From Arenicellales bacterium (GTDB taxonomy: Bacteria; Pseudomonadota; Gammaproteobacteria; Arenicellales; JAJDZL01), in assembly GCA_965203865.1 (NCBI GenBank), contig OZ241916.1, positions 2,872,738 through 2,936,737 on the forward strand: a stretch of 64,000 nt of DNA, written 5' to 3'. Below are positions 38,142-48,850 of the stretch, one piece after another. The notes below the pieces were generated by a model. That model had not been told where the DNA came from. It made no database searches and was given only the letters and a program-made list of their open reading frames with translations. The position numbers and the translations under genes were made by a program. The number at the start of each line of letters is the position of its first letter. Position 1 is the stretch's first letter.

Positions 38142-41100
38142 TTACCAGTCCAAAGTAGTTTTCAGCACCACTCTGTTGTCCGACGACTTGGCATCGCTTT
38201 CATGGTGTTCAAACTCAAGTTGCAACTCAAGCGTTGATTCTGTCGAGAATCTTGTGCCAACACGATAATCTCGCGAGCTTTCTTGAATACCCAAACCGAT
38301 GTACGGAGTGACTAGTCCGTTGCTGCCATAAACTCCGTATCCGATTTCAGAATCAAATCTTGATGTTGTTTCGGTTTTGCCCTCGGCAAGATTGCTTGTC
38401 GAAACACTGCGTTCCCAGAAGGAGGAACCGGATTCGCTGTTCGCTCTTCCAGTCGAAATTGAAGCGTTGTAAATCAAGCCTGCGGAACCTGACACGGGTT
38501 GCCGTCGCACCATGGCTCCGACTCCCCATACCTTGTTGTCATTTTTATGTGCAATGAGATAGCGCAGGTTTACACTCGCTGTAACACCTGATTTCAAATC
38601 ACTGTACTTGACACTGCCGCCCAATTCAGCGCCAGCACCGGTTTCACCGTCACCGCCGTCCCAGCGGACACCAAGCTCTACAGAGGGTGTCATGCATGAA
38701 TCGGGACTCATCGCACATTTCTGCGAAGCTTCCAATGCAACACGCAAGCCTTGAGTTTTGATCTTGCTGCCAGCTTGCTGTCCTGCTCTGGGCTTGATTT
38801 TCAGGTTCGAACCCCAAATTTCACTTTTCACGCTGAGTGTCACCGGGGACTCGCTATCATCTCCAATCGTTCTCAATCCATAGCGCCCACCGGCTACCAA
38901 CTGCAGCATCTCTGTCTTGTTTGAGAAGCTGTCCTGTACAGAGTCATTGTAGTCAATCCGTCCCTGCCCGAATCCCAGCGAAGCCCAGGCATCGAACTCA
39001 TCCGTTACTGACCAGCCTATGTAAGGACTCAGCATGGTCATGCGGGTTTTCAGCGTGCCGCTAGAGTTCTGAGTTCCAGCATTCGAGTAGTTGAAACTTC
39101 CTCTGGATACACCCAATGAAATTCCCGCCAGCATTCCCGAGTCAAGCATAGTATCTGTCCCCAGGTGAAACCCAAACAAGTTTCCGTCCCAGTTCAAAGC
39201 GCTATTGCCGCCGCTTGACAAGCGTGTGTAGTCCGCTGAACCCCATATCGCCATGCCGCCTTCTGCAGCACCTCCGGAATGAGATGACGACAAGCTGCCG
39301 CCAGGTGAATAAGCGAAACTTGCTCCGTCAAGCGCTTGCTCAAGTGAGCCAGTTGAATCTTCCAGATCTTTGTTGCGCTCATGATTCACCAGTCGCTTCA
39401 GAATGGATATGAATTCATCATCATTGTGGCTCATTGCGCCCGATATGCTACCGGCAATTACGGCTGAAATTCTGCCAGACAACGCGGCAACTGTGCTAGC
39501 AGTTATTTCGCGTACCACACTCGCGACGATTTCTTCTTCAATCTCTTCTTCAAGCGGCCCTCTCGCTGCTGCAGCAGGAGGAGGAGCGGGTTCGGGTATT
39601 CGCGCATCGCTTACGGTCACCAAAACACTGGAAATATTCAACGACGTTGTATACGTGGCATCACCAGATGTGACTCTATGGGTGAGTCTTGCAGTACTAT
39701 CGAAATTGTCGATATCTGAATACGCTGTAACTGTCACCGTCTGCGCAGTGGCGTAGTCGGTTGATGTAAAAGTCAGTTCATTCTGATTGCCTGCTGTTTC
39801 AGAATCAGTGTCGACTACGACATCGCTGTTGGTACTGCTGACCATAATTACAACATCGCTTGTCGGTGCCTGAGCCAATACGACTGTGTAAGTACCAATA
39901 TTGGCGTTCGTATTGTCAGTGTCCGTATCGTCAGGCGATTCTTCCTCAAGTGCCAAGGTTTGCTTGCTAACTACTACATCGGTAGTTGCTGGTGCCACTT
40001 CCACCAAAACCGGGTTCGATCGCAAACTCTCCGTGCCTGTGTGCACAATTGCATTGGCTATTACCACGATCCATTTTGGTTCATAAAAATTAGGATCTCC
40101 AGTAAAAGCAAGGATAAGTTCGTACCGGGTCGCGCTCCCCACCACTATAGCAGGAGTAGCAACGCTTAAACCCTCTATATTCGTTACCAACTCGTAGCTT
40201 GCCGCTTCAAGGCTTTCATTTCCCATGAACGTTAAACCACCTGACAACGTCATATTTAATCTTGCACCGTTCAAATTGCCGCTGTTCAACTGGGCGGATG
40301 TCGGAGAAATGCTCAGGTTACTAGTAGCAACAGTAGTGCCATCGTCGTTCATGATGTATCCGATGGCGGCTATGGAACAATTACCTGGCGAACCGGTATC
40401 AGGAAATCCCGGAAGAGCGGCTACACTACCAACACATGCACGCAGATTAGTATTAAACGTTGCTGGCGCATTATCCTCAGTAGGCGATCTAGTATAAGGC
40501 TTGTCCAGTGTTACCTGAATCGTCTCGTGCGCCTCCACGTCCGTGTCCCCCACAATCGAAAAACTGATTTGCTTGGCTGTCTCGCCTTGAGCAAAGGACA
40601 CTACTCCGGTGTTGCTGCTAGCTCTGTAGTCTTGACCAAAGGTTGCTGTGCCAGCTACTACATAAGGTACATTAATCACTGTATCGCTTGCACCACTAAG
40701 CGTTACAGTGAAAGTCATGGTCTTTGTACCGCTATTGCCTTCCGTGACGCTTGGAAAGTTTACCGACACAACTGGAGTACCACTGTTGTCATTGACTGAT
40801 ACCACCACACTTTCAATTGATGTATCAAAGGATGCAGGACCACTGGTAATACTGTGGCTTAGTATCGCACTGTCGTCCCTAAAGTCAGTATCAGAAGCTG
40901 CTGTAACTGTCACCGTCTGATCAGTGCCGAAGTTGCTTGTTGTAAAAGTCAGCGTACTTGGGTCTACAGTTACATCATGATTGTTGCTACTGATTGAAAT
41001 TGTCAGATTTTCTGAGGGGGCAGCACCCAAAGACACATTGTAAGTATCGCTACTACCTTCATTGACGGACAAGCTCTCCGAACTGACAGTTACTCCTGGT

Positions 41101-42761
41101 CCAGGCGGTGCCGTAATAGTAACTGTTTCGATCAAATCGCTCCCCGCACTTCGCAGATTTGCAAGATTCGGGGGCAACCGGTCAGAGTAGCTGCCGAGTC
41201 GAAACGGCGGTCTTGTTTGCCGACCGCCTTGCGCTCGAACACTCACAACCTCCAATGTGAATGTTTCATCGTCGTCCGATACGGAGTCTGCATTCAACTG
41301 AAAGCATAGCAACCAGCCCGAAGCAGCCACGCCTGGCGTACTTCCTTGCCCAGAAGCCGTTCCCCCGAAGCGCAGATTAAATCTATCTTGAGCATCCAAC
41401 TCCAATGAACCAGAAGCACCAACAGCAGGATTACCGCAATTTGCCAACTGGGTTAATGAAACCGGGTTAATATCAGCGCTCGCAGTATCTTTATTCCTGC
41501 CTGTTGTAGCAGTACCTTTAACTTGCAGAGTTGCTGTGTACAAATTTGTGCTTGATATGGCTCTGTTATTTCCAACTGAGTCTTGAATCTTTACGCGAAA
41601 CCTTAGCATCTTGTCCCGCTCCGGTTCGGAAGCGGAAGTGCCGGCCTCTCGAGTAACCACCAGTTTATACGCCTCCTGGCTTGACCGTATCTTTTCAACA
41701 GCACTGCCATTGCCGCTGGATATGGTAACTGTCTCGCCGGATATTGTGCTACCCAATCTACGAGTAGAACCCGAAGTCGTAATACTGTTCACAATCGTTA
41801 GATTAAACGATTCATCAGGTTCGGCGACAGTGTCAAATGCAATGGGTACTATCAGCTCAAGCCGGCCTCGTGAGCTTGTATTAATCTGTTCAGGAGTGAA
41901 CACCTGGTAGCACACTAGGCCCCGGGTGCAATTGCGCCCCATCACGCCAGTCTTGTCGTTTGGCCAAGCCCCTATATCGCTTGATGTAAACCCTGCACCG
42001 CCTGTGCTTGCGGCGGTCAATCTAAACGGTACGGTGATGTTACCTACTGCCCTAGGTACCGTAGGCTCGCCGTTTACTATCGGACCAGTAAAAGTGACCC
42101 GGAAATTTGCTGTACCGCCTTCTCGTGAATGGTCAGAGGGTTCTCCAACAGATACAATGAGCCCGGACGGATTCAAGGTGCTGGCTGCAATGGTACCATC
42201 CGCGTACTGACTTGCACCTGTAGCAAGCGCGTAGGTAGTACCGCCAACCTCGGCACTTAGAAAACCAGTCAGAGTAACTCTATAGGATTCTGCTGCCTCT
42301 TCTGCCCCATCATTAAATATAGGAACAGTGATCGTACCTGTTGTTGCTCCCGGCAGGATGGTGGCAAATCCTCCGAAGTATTGATAACATCCACTTGCTG
42401 GTGGTGCTTGGCCAGGTGCTTCTCTTTGTTGAGCACAATTACGTTGATACTCATTCTGGCGGTCTCCAAAGTCTCCCGGCTCTGCATCATCATCACTAGT
42501 ACTTGGAGTCGCAGCGATACGATATCCTACTCTTAGCGAAGCTGCGCTTCCAACCGCTCCGGGAACAGCTGTCGTTGCAGTAACCGTAAAAGTCGCACTT
42601 GACCCTTCGGCTGTATTTGTAGCAGATGCTGCCGCTATTGACACCGTCCCCGTCGTCTGCGCAAAAGCTTGAACGGACAGGAACAGCACCGAAAATAAAA
42701 CAGCTGCCTGGAGGAATGAATTTACAACAATTCTTGATTTTCCAGCATTAGCATTGACCAC
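38142..42761 (-). CDS. giant Calx-beta repeat autotransporter-type adhesin (paralog A)
   Basis: 1539-aa ORF with signal peptide ...FLSVQAFAQ. Calx-beta-like units are present, e.g. VTEGNSGTKTMTFTVTLSGASDTVINVPYVVAGTATFGQDYR...ETIQVTL. The C-terminal roughly 450 aa look like an autotransporter beta-barrel and end in an aromatic residue (TTLDW). Confidence 0.8.
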   Translation of the reverse strand: MVNANAGKSRIVVNSFLQAAVLFSVLFLSVQAFAQTTGTVSIAAASATNTAEGSSATFTVTATTAVPGAVGSAASLRVGYRIAATPSTSDDDAEPGDFGDRQNEYQRNCAQQREAPGQAPPASGCYQYFGGFATILPGATTGTITVPIFNDGAEEAAESYRVTLTGFLSAEVGGTTYALATGASQYADGTIAASTLNPSGLIVSVGEPSDHSREGGTANFRVTFTGPIVNGEPTVPRAVGNITVPFRLTAASTGGAGFTSSDIGAWPNDKTGVMGRNCTRGLVCYQVFTPEQINTSSRGRLELIVPIAFDTVAEPDESFNLTIVNSITTSGSTRRLGSTISGETVTISSGNGSAVEKIRSSQEAYKLVVTREAGTSASEPERDKMLRFRVKIQDSVGNNRAISSTNLYTATLQVKGTATTGRNKDTASADINPVSLTQLANCGNPAVGASGSLELDAQDRFNLRFGGTASGQGSTPGVAASGWLLCFQLNADSVSDDDETFTLEVVSVRAQGGRQTRPPFRLGSYSDRLPPNLANLRSAGSDLIETVTITAPPGPGVTVSSESLSVNEGSSDTYNVSLGAAPSENLTISISSNNHDVTVDPSTLTFTTSNFGTDQTVTVTAASDTDFRDDSAILSHSITSGPASFDTSIESVVVSVNDNSGTPVVSVNFPSVTEGNSGTKTMTFTVTLSGASDTVINVPYVVAGTATFGQDYRASSNTGVVSFAQGETAKQISFSIVGDTDVEAHETIQVTLDKPYTRSPTEDNAPATFNTNLRACVGSVAALPGFPDTGSPGNCSIAAIGYIMNDDGTTVATSNLSISPTSAQLNSGNLNGARLNMTLSGGLTFMGNESLEAASYELVTNIEGLSVATPAIVVGSATRYELILAFTGDPNFYEPKWIVVIANAIVHTGTESLRSNPVLVEVAPATTDVVVSKQTLALEEESPDDTDTDNTNANIGTYTVVLAQAPTSDVVIMVSSTNSDVVVDTDSETAGNQNELTFTSTDYATAQTVTVTAYSDIDNFDSTARLTHRVTSGDATYTTSLNISSVLVTVSDARIPEPAPPPAAAARGPLEEEIEEEIVASVVREITASTVAALSGRISAVIAGSISGAMSHNDDEFISILKRLVNHERNKDLEDSTGSLEQALDGASFAYSPGGSLSSSHSGGAAEGGMAIWGSADYTRLSSGGNSALNWDGNLFGFHLGTDTMLDSGMLAGISLGVSRGSFNYSNAGTQNSSGTLKTRMTMLSPYIGWSVTDEFDAWASLGFGQGRIDYNDSVQDSFSNKTEMLQLVAGGRYGLRTIGDDSESPVTLSVKSEIWGSNLKIKPRAGQQAGSKIKTQGLRVALEASQKCAMSPDSCMTPSVELGVRWDGGDGETGAGAELGGSVKYSDLKSGVTASVNLRYLIAHKNDNKVWGVGAMVRRQPVSGSAGLIYNASISTGRANSESGSSFWERSVSTSNLAEGKTETTSRFDSEIGYGVYGSNGLVTPYIGLGIQESSRDYRVGTRFSTESTLELQLEFEHHESDAKSSDNRVVLKTTLDW

Positions 42762-43069
42762 GATTCATACCTCCAATCGTATATTTTTCAGTTTCTTCAA
42801 AAGTTGCAATATCTATATTCAGAAACTTTCTGTTATGTAGAAATTTGGGTGCTTTTGCAATTCAATGTTGAATAAATACCACTATTTCAAAAGAGTATCT
42901 CCGTCAACCAACGGAAAGAAGGAATCCGACACTCTCTGCCAGCCCGCCTCGCGTGTGAATTTTATACAGGCCCGCATCGCTGACCGGCACTTGCATCTTC
43001 GGAAAGAATCAATAGTCGACATTAACTTCAAAAACCCAGACAAATTAGCAAATCGCCAATGTTACTCTA

Positions 43070-43081
43070 CCCCCCCCCCCC
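43070..43081 (-). promoter_or_regulatory. G12 tract (C12 on the + strand) 309 nt upstream of the paralog A start
   Basis: Counted directly. The homologous position in copy 2 carries 10 residues. Confidence 0.9.
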
Positions 43082-44026
43082 TTGTCAAGTCGGTGTGCTG
43101 ATTCGTAAAAATATGAGATTCGGACTACCATTTTTAAGAGCACGAGATACTTGCATGATGCCATGTTGCCCAGCGACTAAAGAGGGGGCTGTGCACTTTT
43201 CGGATTAAAGGGGAAGAGGTATAGCCGAGACGGTTGCTAAAGGCATCAAGCGATTGGCCGCATGAATATTCCGCAGGACCGGTATGGCATCATCCTGTAT
43301 TGTCGGAAACTTTTGACGACCGCCATATTTCATCGAATTCGCCCGAATGCAAGTAAGCGAACCAGAGTTGGCCAGTCCGTGCAATGAACTCGTCTAAAAT
43401 CTGCAAAAGTCAGGGAACCCTCCGTAAATCGCTGAATTTCCGCTTCGCAACGGTTAATACAGCACCACTCAGAGTGCTTGTCAGGTGTTGCCGAGGGGGA
43501 GCGATGCGATGTTTAACACCTCAGCTCCATGACCCGGTAGATGGTTTTCTGAACCTCGGTGGATTTTGATGGAATCGCATAGCGACTATGGTTATCAATG
43601 CGGGTCAGGATGCTACCCTGACGATGGCTCTACTCTTGACGAACGATCTCGACCAAGATGGATTATTCTGCTTTCCAGTGAGCGCAATGAAGCAGATGGC
43701 GAAGTGAGCCTGAATGTGCGGTAGAACGGTGGAACACAGGTGCACCCTCATGTTGTGCTTGGTGTGTTAATACCAGATTTGAAAATCCCGGGAATATGCA
43801 AAAAGAAGGCATATCAACAATCAACAGAAACCCAGAAAATTTAACTGAGCCTTGCCTATCTACAAAACCCTATTTACAGCCCCAAAACCAAATTCCCGCG
43901 GTGTTTTTGTGAAGTTGACCGAAGCAAACTATTCCAAATCCAGACTACCATACTGAAGCATGGCTGATGCTCTTCAACAATGAAAAACATCAACCATGCA
44001 TATTCCTATCCAGATTTAAGATAGTT

Positions 44027-47000
44027 CTACCAGTCGAGAGTCGTTTTCAGCACCATCCTGTTGTCTGACGATTTGACATCGCTTTCATGATGCTCAAACT
44101 CAAGTTGCAACTCAAGCGTTGAATCTGTCGAGAATCTGGTGCCAACACGATAATCTCGCGTGCTTTCCTGAATCCCCAGACCGATGTACGGAGTGACTAG
44201 TCCGTTGCTGCCATAAACTCCGTATCCGATTTCAGAATCGAATCTTGATGTTGTTTCTGTTTTGCCCTCGGCAAGATTGCTTGTTGAAACACTGCGCTCC
44301 CAGAAGGAGGAACCGGCTTCGCTGTTCGCTCTTCCAGTGGAAATAGAAGCATTGTAAGTCATGCCTGCAGAACCTGACACAGGTTGCCGACGCAGCATGG
44401 CTCCGATTCCCCATACCTTGTTGTCATTTTTATGTGCAATGAGATAGCGCAGGTTTACACTCGCTGTAACACCTGATTTGAAATCACTGTACTTGACACC
44501 GCCGCCCAATTCAGCGCCAGCGCCGGTTTCACCGTCACCTCCGTCCCAGCGGACACCAAGCTCTACAGAGGGTATCATGCATGAATCGGGACTCATCGCA
44601 CATTTCTGCGAAGCTTCCAATGCAACACGTAGGCCTTGAGTCTTGATCTTGCTGCCAGTTTGACCTGCTGCTCTGGGCGCGATTTTCAGGTTCGAGCCCC
44701 AAATTTCACTTTTCACGCTGAGTGTCACCGGGGACTCGCTATCATCTCCAATTGTCCTCAACGCATAACGCCCACCGGCTACCAACTGCAACATCTCTGT
44801 CTTGTTTGAGAAGCTGTCCTGTACAGAGTCATTGTAGTCAATCCGTCCTCGTCCGAATCCCAGTGATGCCCAAGCATCGAACTCATCTGTTACTGACCAG
44901 CCTATGTAAGGACTCAGCATGACCATGCGAGGTTTCAGCGTACCGCTAGAATTCTGAGTTCCGGCATTCGAGTAGTTGAAACTTCCTCTGGATATACCCA
45001 ATGAAACTCCCGCCAGCATTCCCGAGTCAAGCATGGTATCTGACCCCAGGTGAAACGCAAACAAGCTTCCGTCCCAGTTCAAATCGCTATTGCCACCGCT
45101 TGACAAGCGTGTGTAGTCCGCTGAACCCCATATCGCGATGCCGCCTTCTGCCGCACCTCCGGAATGAGATGACGACAAGCTGCCGCCGGGTGAATAAGCG
45201 AAACTTGCTCCGTCAAGAGCTTGTTCAAGCGAGCCAACTGAATCTTCCAGATCTTTGTTGCGCTCATGATTCACCAGTCGCTTCAGAATGGACATGAATT
45301 CATCATCATTGTGGCTCATTGCACCGGATATGCTGCCGCCAATAACGGTTGAAATTCTGCCAGACAAAGCCGCAACTGTGCTAGAAGTTATCTCGCGTAC
45401 CACATTCGTGACGATTTCTTTTTCAAGCTCTTCTTCAAGCGACCCCCTCTCTGGAGGAGTAGGAGGAGTATTAGGGTCAGAAGCGTCTTCGGGTGATTGC
45501 TGCACATCGCTTAAGGTCACCAGAACACTGGAAATATTCAACGTCGTTGGATACATCGTTCCACCAGCAGTTGTGATGCTATGGGTAAGTCTTGCGGTAC
45601 TATCGAAATTGTCGATATCTGAATACGCTGTAACTGTAACCGTCTGCGCAGTGGCGTAGCCGGTTGATGTAAAAGTCAGTGTATTCTGATTGCCTGCTGT
45701 TTCAGAATCCGTGTCGACTACGACATCGCTGTTGGTACTTTCGACCGTAATTACAACATCGGTTGTCGGTGCCTGAGTCAATACGACCGTGTAAGTACCA
45801 ATATTGTCATTGTCCTCATCGTCGGGCGATCTTTCCTCAAGCGCCAAGGTTTGCTTGCTAACTACTATATTAGTGGTTGCTGGCGCCACTGCCACCGAAA
45901 CCGGGGCCGAGGTCAAACTCTCCGTGCCTGAGTGCGCAGCTGCCTTGGCTATTACCGCGATTGATTTCGCTTCATAAAAATCAGGAGCGGTATCAGGATA
46001 AGCAAGGGTAATGGTCAACGTCGTTGTAGTGGGTCGCGTTACAGTATTAATTGTTAGACCCTCTATGCTCGTTACCAACTCGTAGTTGGTTGCTGTAGTA
46101 GCAGCTGAACCAAACGTTCCACTTGACAACGTCATATTTAATACTGCACTGTTCAAATTACCGCTGTTCAACGAAGTAGGACTTGACGTAGAAATGGCCA
46201 AGTTACTAGTAGCAAGAGTAGTGCCGTCGTCGTTCATAATGTATCCGATGGCGGCTATGGAGCAATTACCTGGCGAATCTCCTACAATGGCAGCAACACA
46301 TGCTCTCAGATTATCATTAAACGTTGCTGGTGGTAAGGCTTCATTAGGCGCTCTAGAATAAGGCTGGTCCAGTGTGACCTGAATCGTCTCATGTGCTTCG
46401 GGTGTCGTGTCCCCCACAATCGAAAAACTGATTATCTTTGATGTCTCGCCTTGAGCAAAGGACACATTTCCGATATTGGGGGTAGCTCTGTAGTCGGTTC
46501 CCGACTCTGCCGTGCCACCTAATACATAAGGTACATTAATCACCCTATCGCTTGCACCACTAAGCGTTACAGTGAAAGTCATCGTCTTTGTACCGCTATC
46601 GCCTTCCGTGACGCTCGGAAAGTCTACCGACACAACTGGAGTACCGGTGTCATTGACTGATACCACCACACTTTCAATAGATGAATCAAAGGATGCAGGA
46701 CCACTGGTAATACTATGGCTTAGTATCGCACTGTCGTCCCTAAAGTCGGTATCATCTGCTGCTGTAACTGTCACCGTCTGCTCAGTGCCGAAGTTGCCTG
46801 TTGTAAAAGTCAGCGTACTTGGGTTTACAGTTACATCATGATTGTTGCTACTGATTGAAATTGTCAGATCTGCTGAGGGTGCAGAAGCCAAAGACACATT
46901 GTAAGTATCGCTACTACCTTCATTGACGGACAAGCTCTTCGAACTGACAGTTACTCCTGGTCCAGGCGGTGCCGTAATAGTAATTGTTTCGATCAAATCG

Positions 47001-48529
47001 CTCCCCGCACTTCGCAGATTTGCCATATTACCCGGCAACCGGCCATAGTAGCTGCCGCGGAAAAACGGTGGTCTTGATTGCCGACCGCCTTGTGCTCGAA
47101 CACTGACAACCTCCAATATAAATGTTTCGCCGACATCCGATACGGAATCTGCATTCAACTGAAAGCATAGCAACCAGCCCGAAGCAGCCACGCCTGGCGT
47201 ACTTCCTTGCCCAGAAGCTGTGCCCCCGAAGTTCAGATTAAATCTATCTTGAGTATTCAACTCCAATGAACCAGCCACACCAACAGCAGGATTACCGCAA
47301 TTTGCCGACTGGGTTATTGAAACTGGGTTAATATCAGCGCTCGCAGTATCTTTGTTACTGCCTGTTGTAGCAGTACCTTTAACTTCCAGAGTTGCCGTGT
47401 ACAAATTTGCGCTTGATATAGCTCTGTCAATTCCAGCTGAGTCTTGAATCTTCACACGAAACCTTAGCATCTTGTCCCGCTCCGGTTCAGAAGCGGAAGT
47501 GCCAGCCTCTCGAACCACCACCAGCTTATACGCCTCTTGGCTAGACTGTATCTTTTCAAAAGCCCTGCCGTTGCCGCTGGATATGGTAACTGTCTCGTTG
47601 GATATTGTGCTACCCAGGCTACGAGTAGATCCCGAAGTCGTAATACTGCTTACAATCTCTAGATGAAACGATTCATCAGGTTCGGCGGCATTGTCAAATG
47701 CAATGGGGACTTCCAGATAAAGTCCGTTTCGCAAGCTCGTGTTAATCTCTTTAGGAGTGAACACTCGGTAGCACACCAGGCCCGCGGCGCAAGTACGTCC
47801 ACTCACTTCAGGCGCATCAGTCGGCCAAGCTCCTATATCGCTTGCTGTAAAACCTGTGGTAATGGCCGTCAATCTAAACGGTACGGTAATGTTGCCTACT
47901 GCCGTACCAGTAAAACTGACCGGGAACAATGCTGTCCCGCCTTCGAGCGAATGGCCAGCGGGTTCTCCAACAGATACAGTGAGTCTGGACGGATTCGAGG
48001 AGCTGGGTCCAGTGCTGGATGCAATGGTACCATCCGCGTGCGGATTTGTAACAAGACTGTACGTAATAGTACCAGCTGTAGCGCTACCTTGAAAACCAAT
48101 CAGAGTGACTCTATAGGATTCTGCGGACTCTGCTGCACCATCATTAAATATAGGAACAGTAATCGTAGCTGTTGTTGCCCCCGCCGGTATAACAACTCTT
48201 GCTCCTGATAGGTAACTGCTACGTTGAAGCGTATTATCGCGATTTCCAAAATCACCCGCCTCTGCATCATCATCACTAGTACTGGGGGTCTTACCGATAC
48301 TATACCTTACTCCTAGCTGATTACCAGCAGGAACAGTTTGCGATGCAGTAACCGTAAAAGTCGCACTTGACCCTTCGGCTGTATTTGTAGCAGATGCTGC
48401 CGCTATTGACACTGTCCCCGTCGTCTGCGCAAAAGCTGGAACAGACAGGAACAGCACCGAAAATAAAACAGCTGCCTGGAGGAATGAATTTACAACAATT
48501 CTTGATTTTCCAGTATTACCATTCATCAC
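44027..48529 (-). CDS. giant Calx-beta repeat autotransporter-type adhesin (paralog B)
   Basis: 1500-aa ORF. The signal peptide and C-terminal barrel are nearly identical to paralog A. The passenger is mosaic, with divergent blocks and indels. Confidence 0.8.
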   Translation of the reverse strand: MMNGNTGKSRIVVNSFLQAAVLFSVLFLSVPAFAQTTGTVSIAAASATNTAEGSSATFTVTASQTVPAGNQLGVRYSIGKTPSTSDDDAEAGDFGNRDNTLQRSSYLSGARVVIPAGATTATITVPIFNDGAAESAESYRVTLIGFQGSATAGTITYSLVTNPHADGTIASSTGPSSSNPSRLTVSVGEPAGHSLEGGTALFPVSFTGTAVGNITVPFRLTAITTGFTASDIGAWPTDAPEVSGRTCAAGLVCYRVFTPKEINTSLRNGLYLEVPIAFDNAAEPDESFHLEIVSSITTSGSTRSLGSTISNETVTISSGNGRAFEKIQSSQEAYKLVVVREAGTSASEPERDKMLRFRVKIQDSAGIDRAISSANLYTATLEVKGTATTGSNKDTASADINPVSITQSANCGNPAVGVAGSLELNTQDRFNLNFGGTASGQGSTPGVAASGWLLCFQLNADSVSDVGETFILEVVSVRAQGGRQSRPPFFRGSYYGRLPGNMANLRSAGSDLIETITITAPPGPGVTVSSKSLSVNEGSSDTYNVSLASAPSADLTISISSNNHDVTVNPSTLTFTTGNFGTEQTVTVTAADDTDFRDDSAILSHSITSGPASFDSSIESVVVSVNDTGTPVVSVDFPSVTEGDSGTKTMTFTVTLSGASDRVINVPYVLGGTAESGTDYRATPNIGNVSFAQGETSKIISFSIVGDTTPEAHETIQVTLDQPYSRAPNEALPPATFNDNLRACVAAIVGDSPGNCSIAAIGYIMNDDGTTLATSNLAISTSSPTSLNSGNLNSAVLNMTLSSGTFGSAATTATNYELVTSIEGLTINTVTRPTTTTLTITLAYPDTAPDFYEAKSIAVIAKAAAHSGTESLTSAPVSVAVAPATTNIVVSKQTLALEERSPDDEDNDNIGTYTVVLTQAPTTDVVITVESTNSDVVVDTDSETAGNQNTLTFTSTGYATAQTVTVTAYSDIDNFDSTARLTHSITTAGGTMYPTTLNISSVLVTLSDVQQSPEDASDPNTPPTPPERGSLEEELEKEIVTNVVREITSSTVAALSGRISTVIGGSISGAMSHNDDEFMSILKRLVNHERNKDLEDSVGSLEQALDGASFAYSPGGSLSSSHSGGAAEGGIAIWGSADYTRLSSGGNSDLNWDGSLFAFHLGSDTMLDSGMLAGVSLGISRGSFNYSNAGTQNSSGTLKPRMVMLSPYIGWSVTDEFDAWASLGFGRGRIDYNDSVQDSFSNKTEMLQLVAGGRYALRTIGDDSESPVTLSVKSEIWGSNLKIAPRAAGQTGSKIKTQGLRVALEASQKCAMSPDSCMIPSVELGVRWDGGDGETGAGAELGGGVKYSDFKSGVTASVNLRYLIAHKNDNKVWGIGAMLRRQPVSGSAGMTYNASISTGRANSEAGSSFWERSVSTSNLAEGKTETTSRFDSEIGYGVYGSNGLVTPYIGLGIQESTRDYRVGTRFSTDSTLELQLEFEHHESDVKSSDNRMVLKTTLDW

Positions 48530-48840
48530 AATTCATACCTCCAATAGTATGTCTCTCGGTTTCTTCAAAAGTTTTAACTCTGTATTCAGAACTTTCTGCT
48601 ATGTAAAATTTGGGCGCTTTTGCAATTTAATGTTGAATGAATACCCCAGTAACCTTTCAAAAAGAGTATCTCCGTCAACCAATGGAAAGAAGGAATCTAA
48701 CACTTTCTTCCAGCCCGCCTCGCGTGCAGATTTCAAGCAGGCCACATCGCTGACCGGCACGGCATCTTCGGAAAGAATCAATAGTTGACATTAATTTGAA
48801 AAACCCAAATAAATTATTAATTTACCGATGTTAATTCATA

Positions 48841-48850
48841 CCCCCCCCCC
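48841..48850 (-). promoter_or_regulatory. G10 tract (C10 on the + strand) 312 nt upstream of the paralog B start
   Basis: Counted directly. The flanks (TTGTCAAGTCGGT...) are homologous to those of the 43070 tract. Confidence 0.9.

Larger units (their letters stand above)
38016..43470. repeat. tandem duplication unit, copy 1 (autotransporter gene plus flanks)
   Basis: Hand alignment. Homology with copy 2 starts at TTTTGTGAAGTTG (38016 vs 43905) and fades near 43470 vs 49245. The ends are approximate. Confidence 0.8.

Noticed and set aside
39403-48208. Plus-strand ORFs inside the two autotransporter genes (e.g. 39403..39756, 45288..45659, 47663..48208) that look conserved between the copies.
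   Set aside because: They are conserved only because the underlying DNA is duplicated. They are antisense to long, well-supported ORFs and have S/V/A-rich compositions typical of antisense reading.
38142-48529. Diversity-generating retroelement acting on the paralogous adhesins.
   Set aside because: There is no RT gene, no template/variable repeat pair with adenine-specific differences, and the divergence occurs in large blocks and indels.
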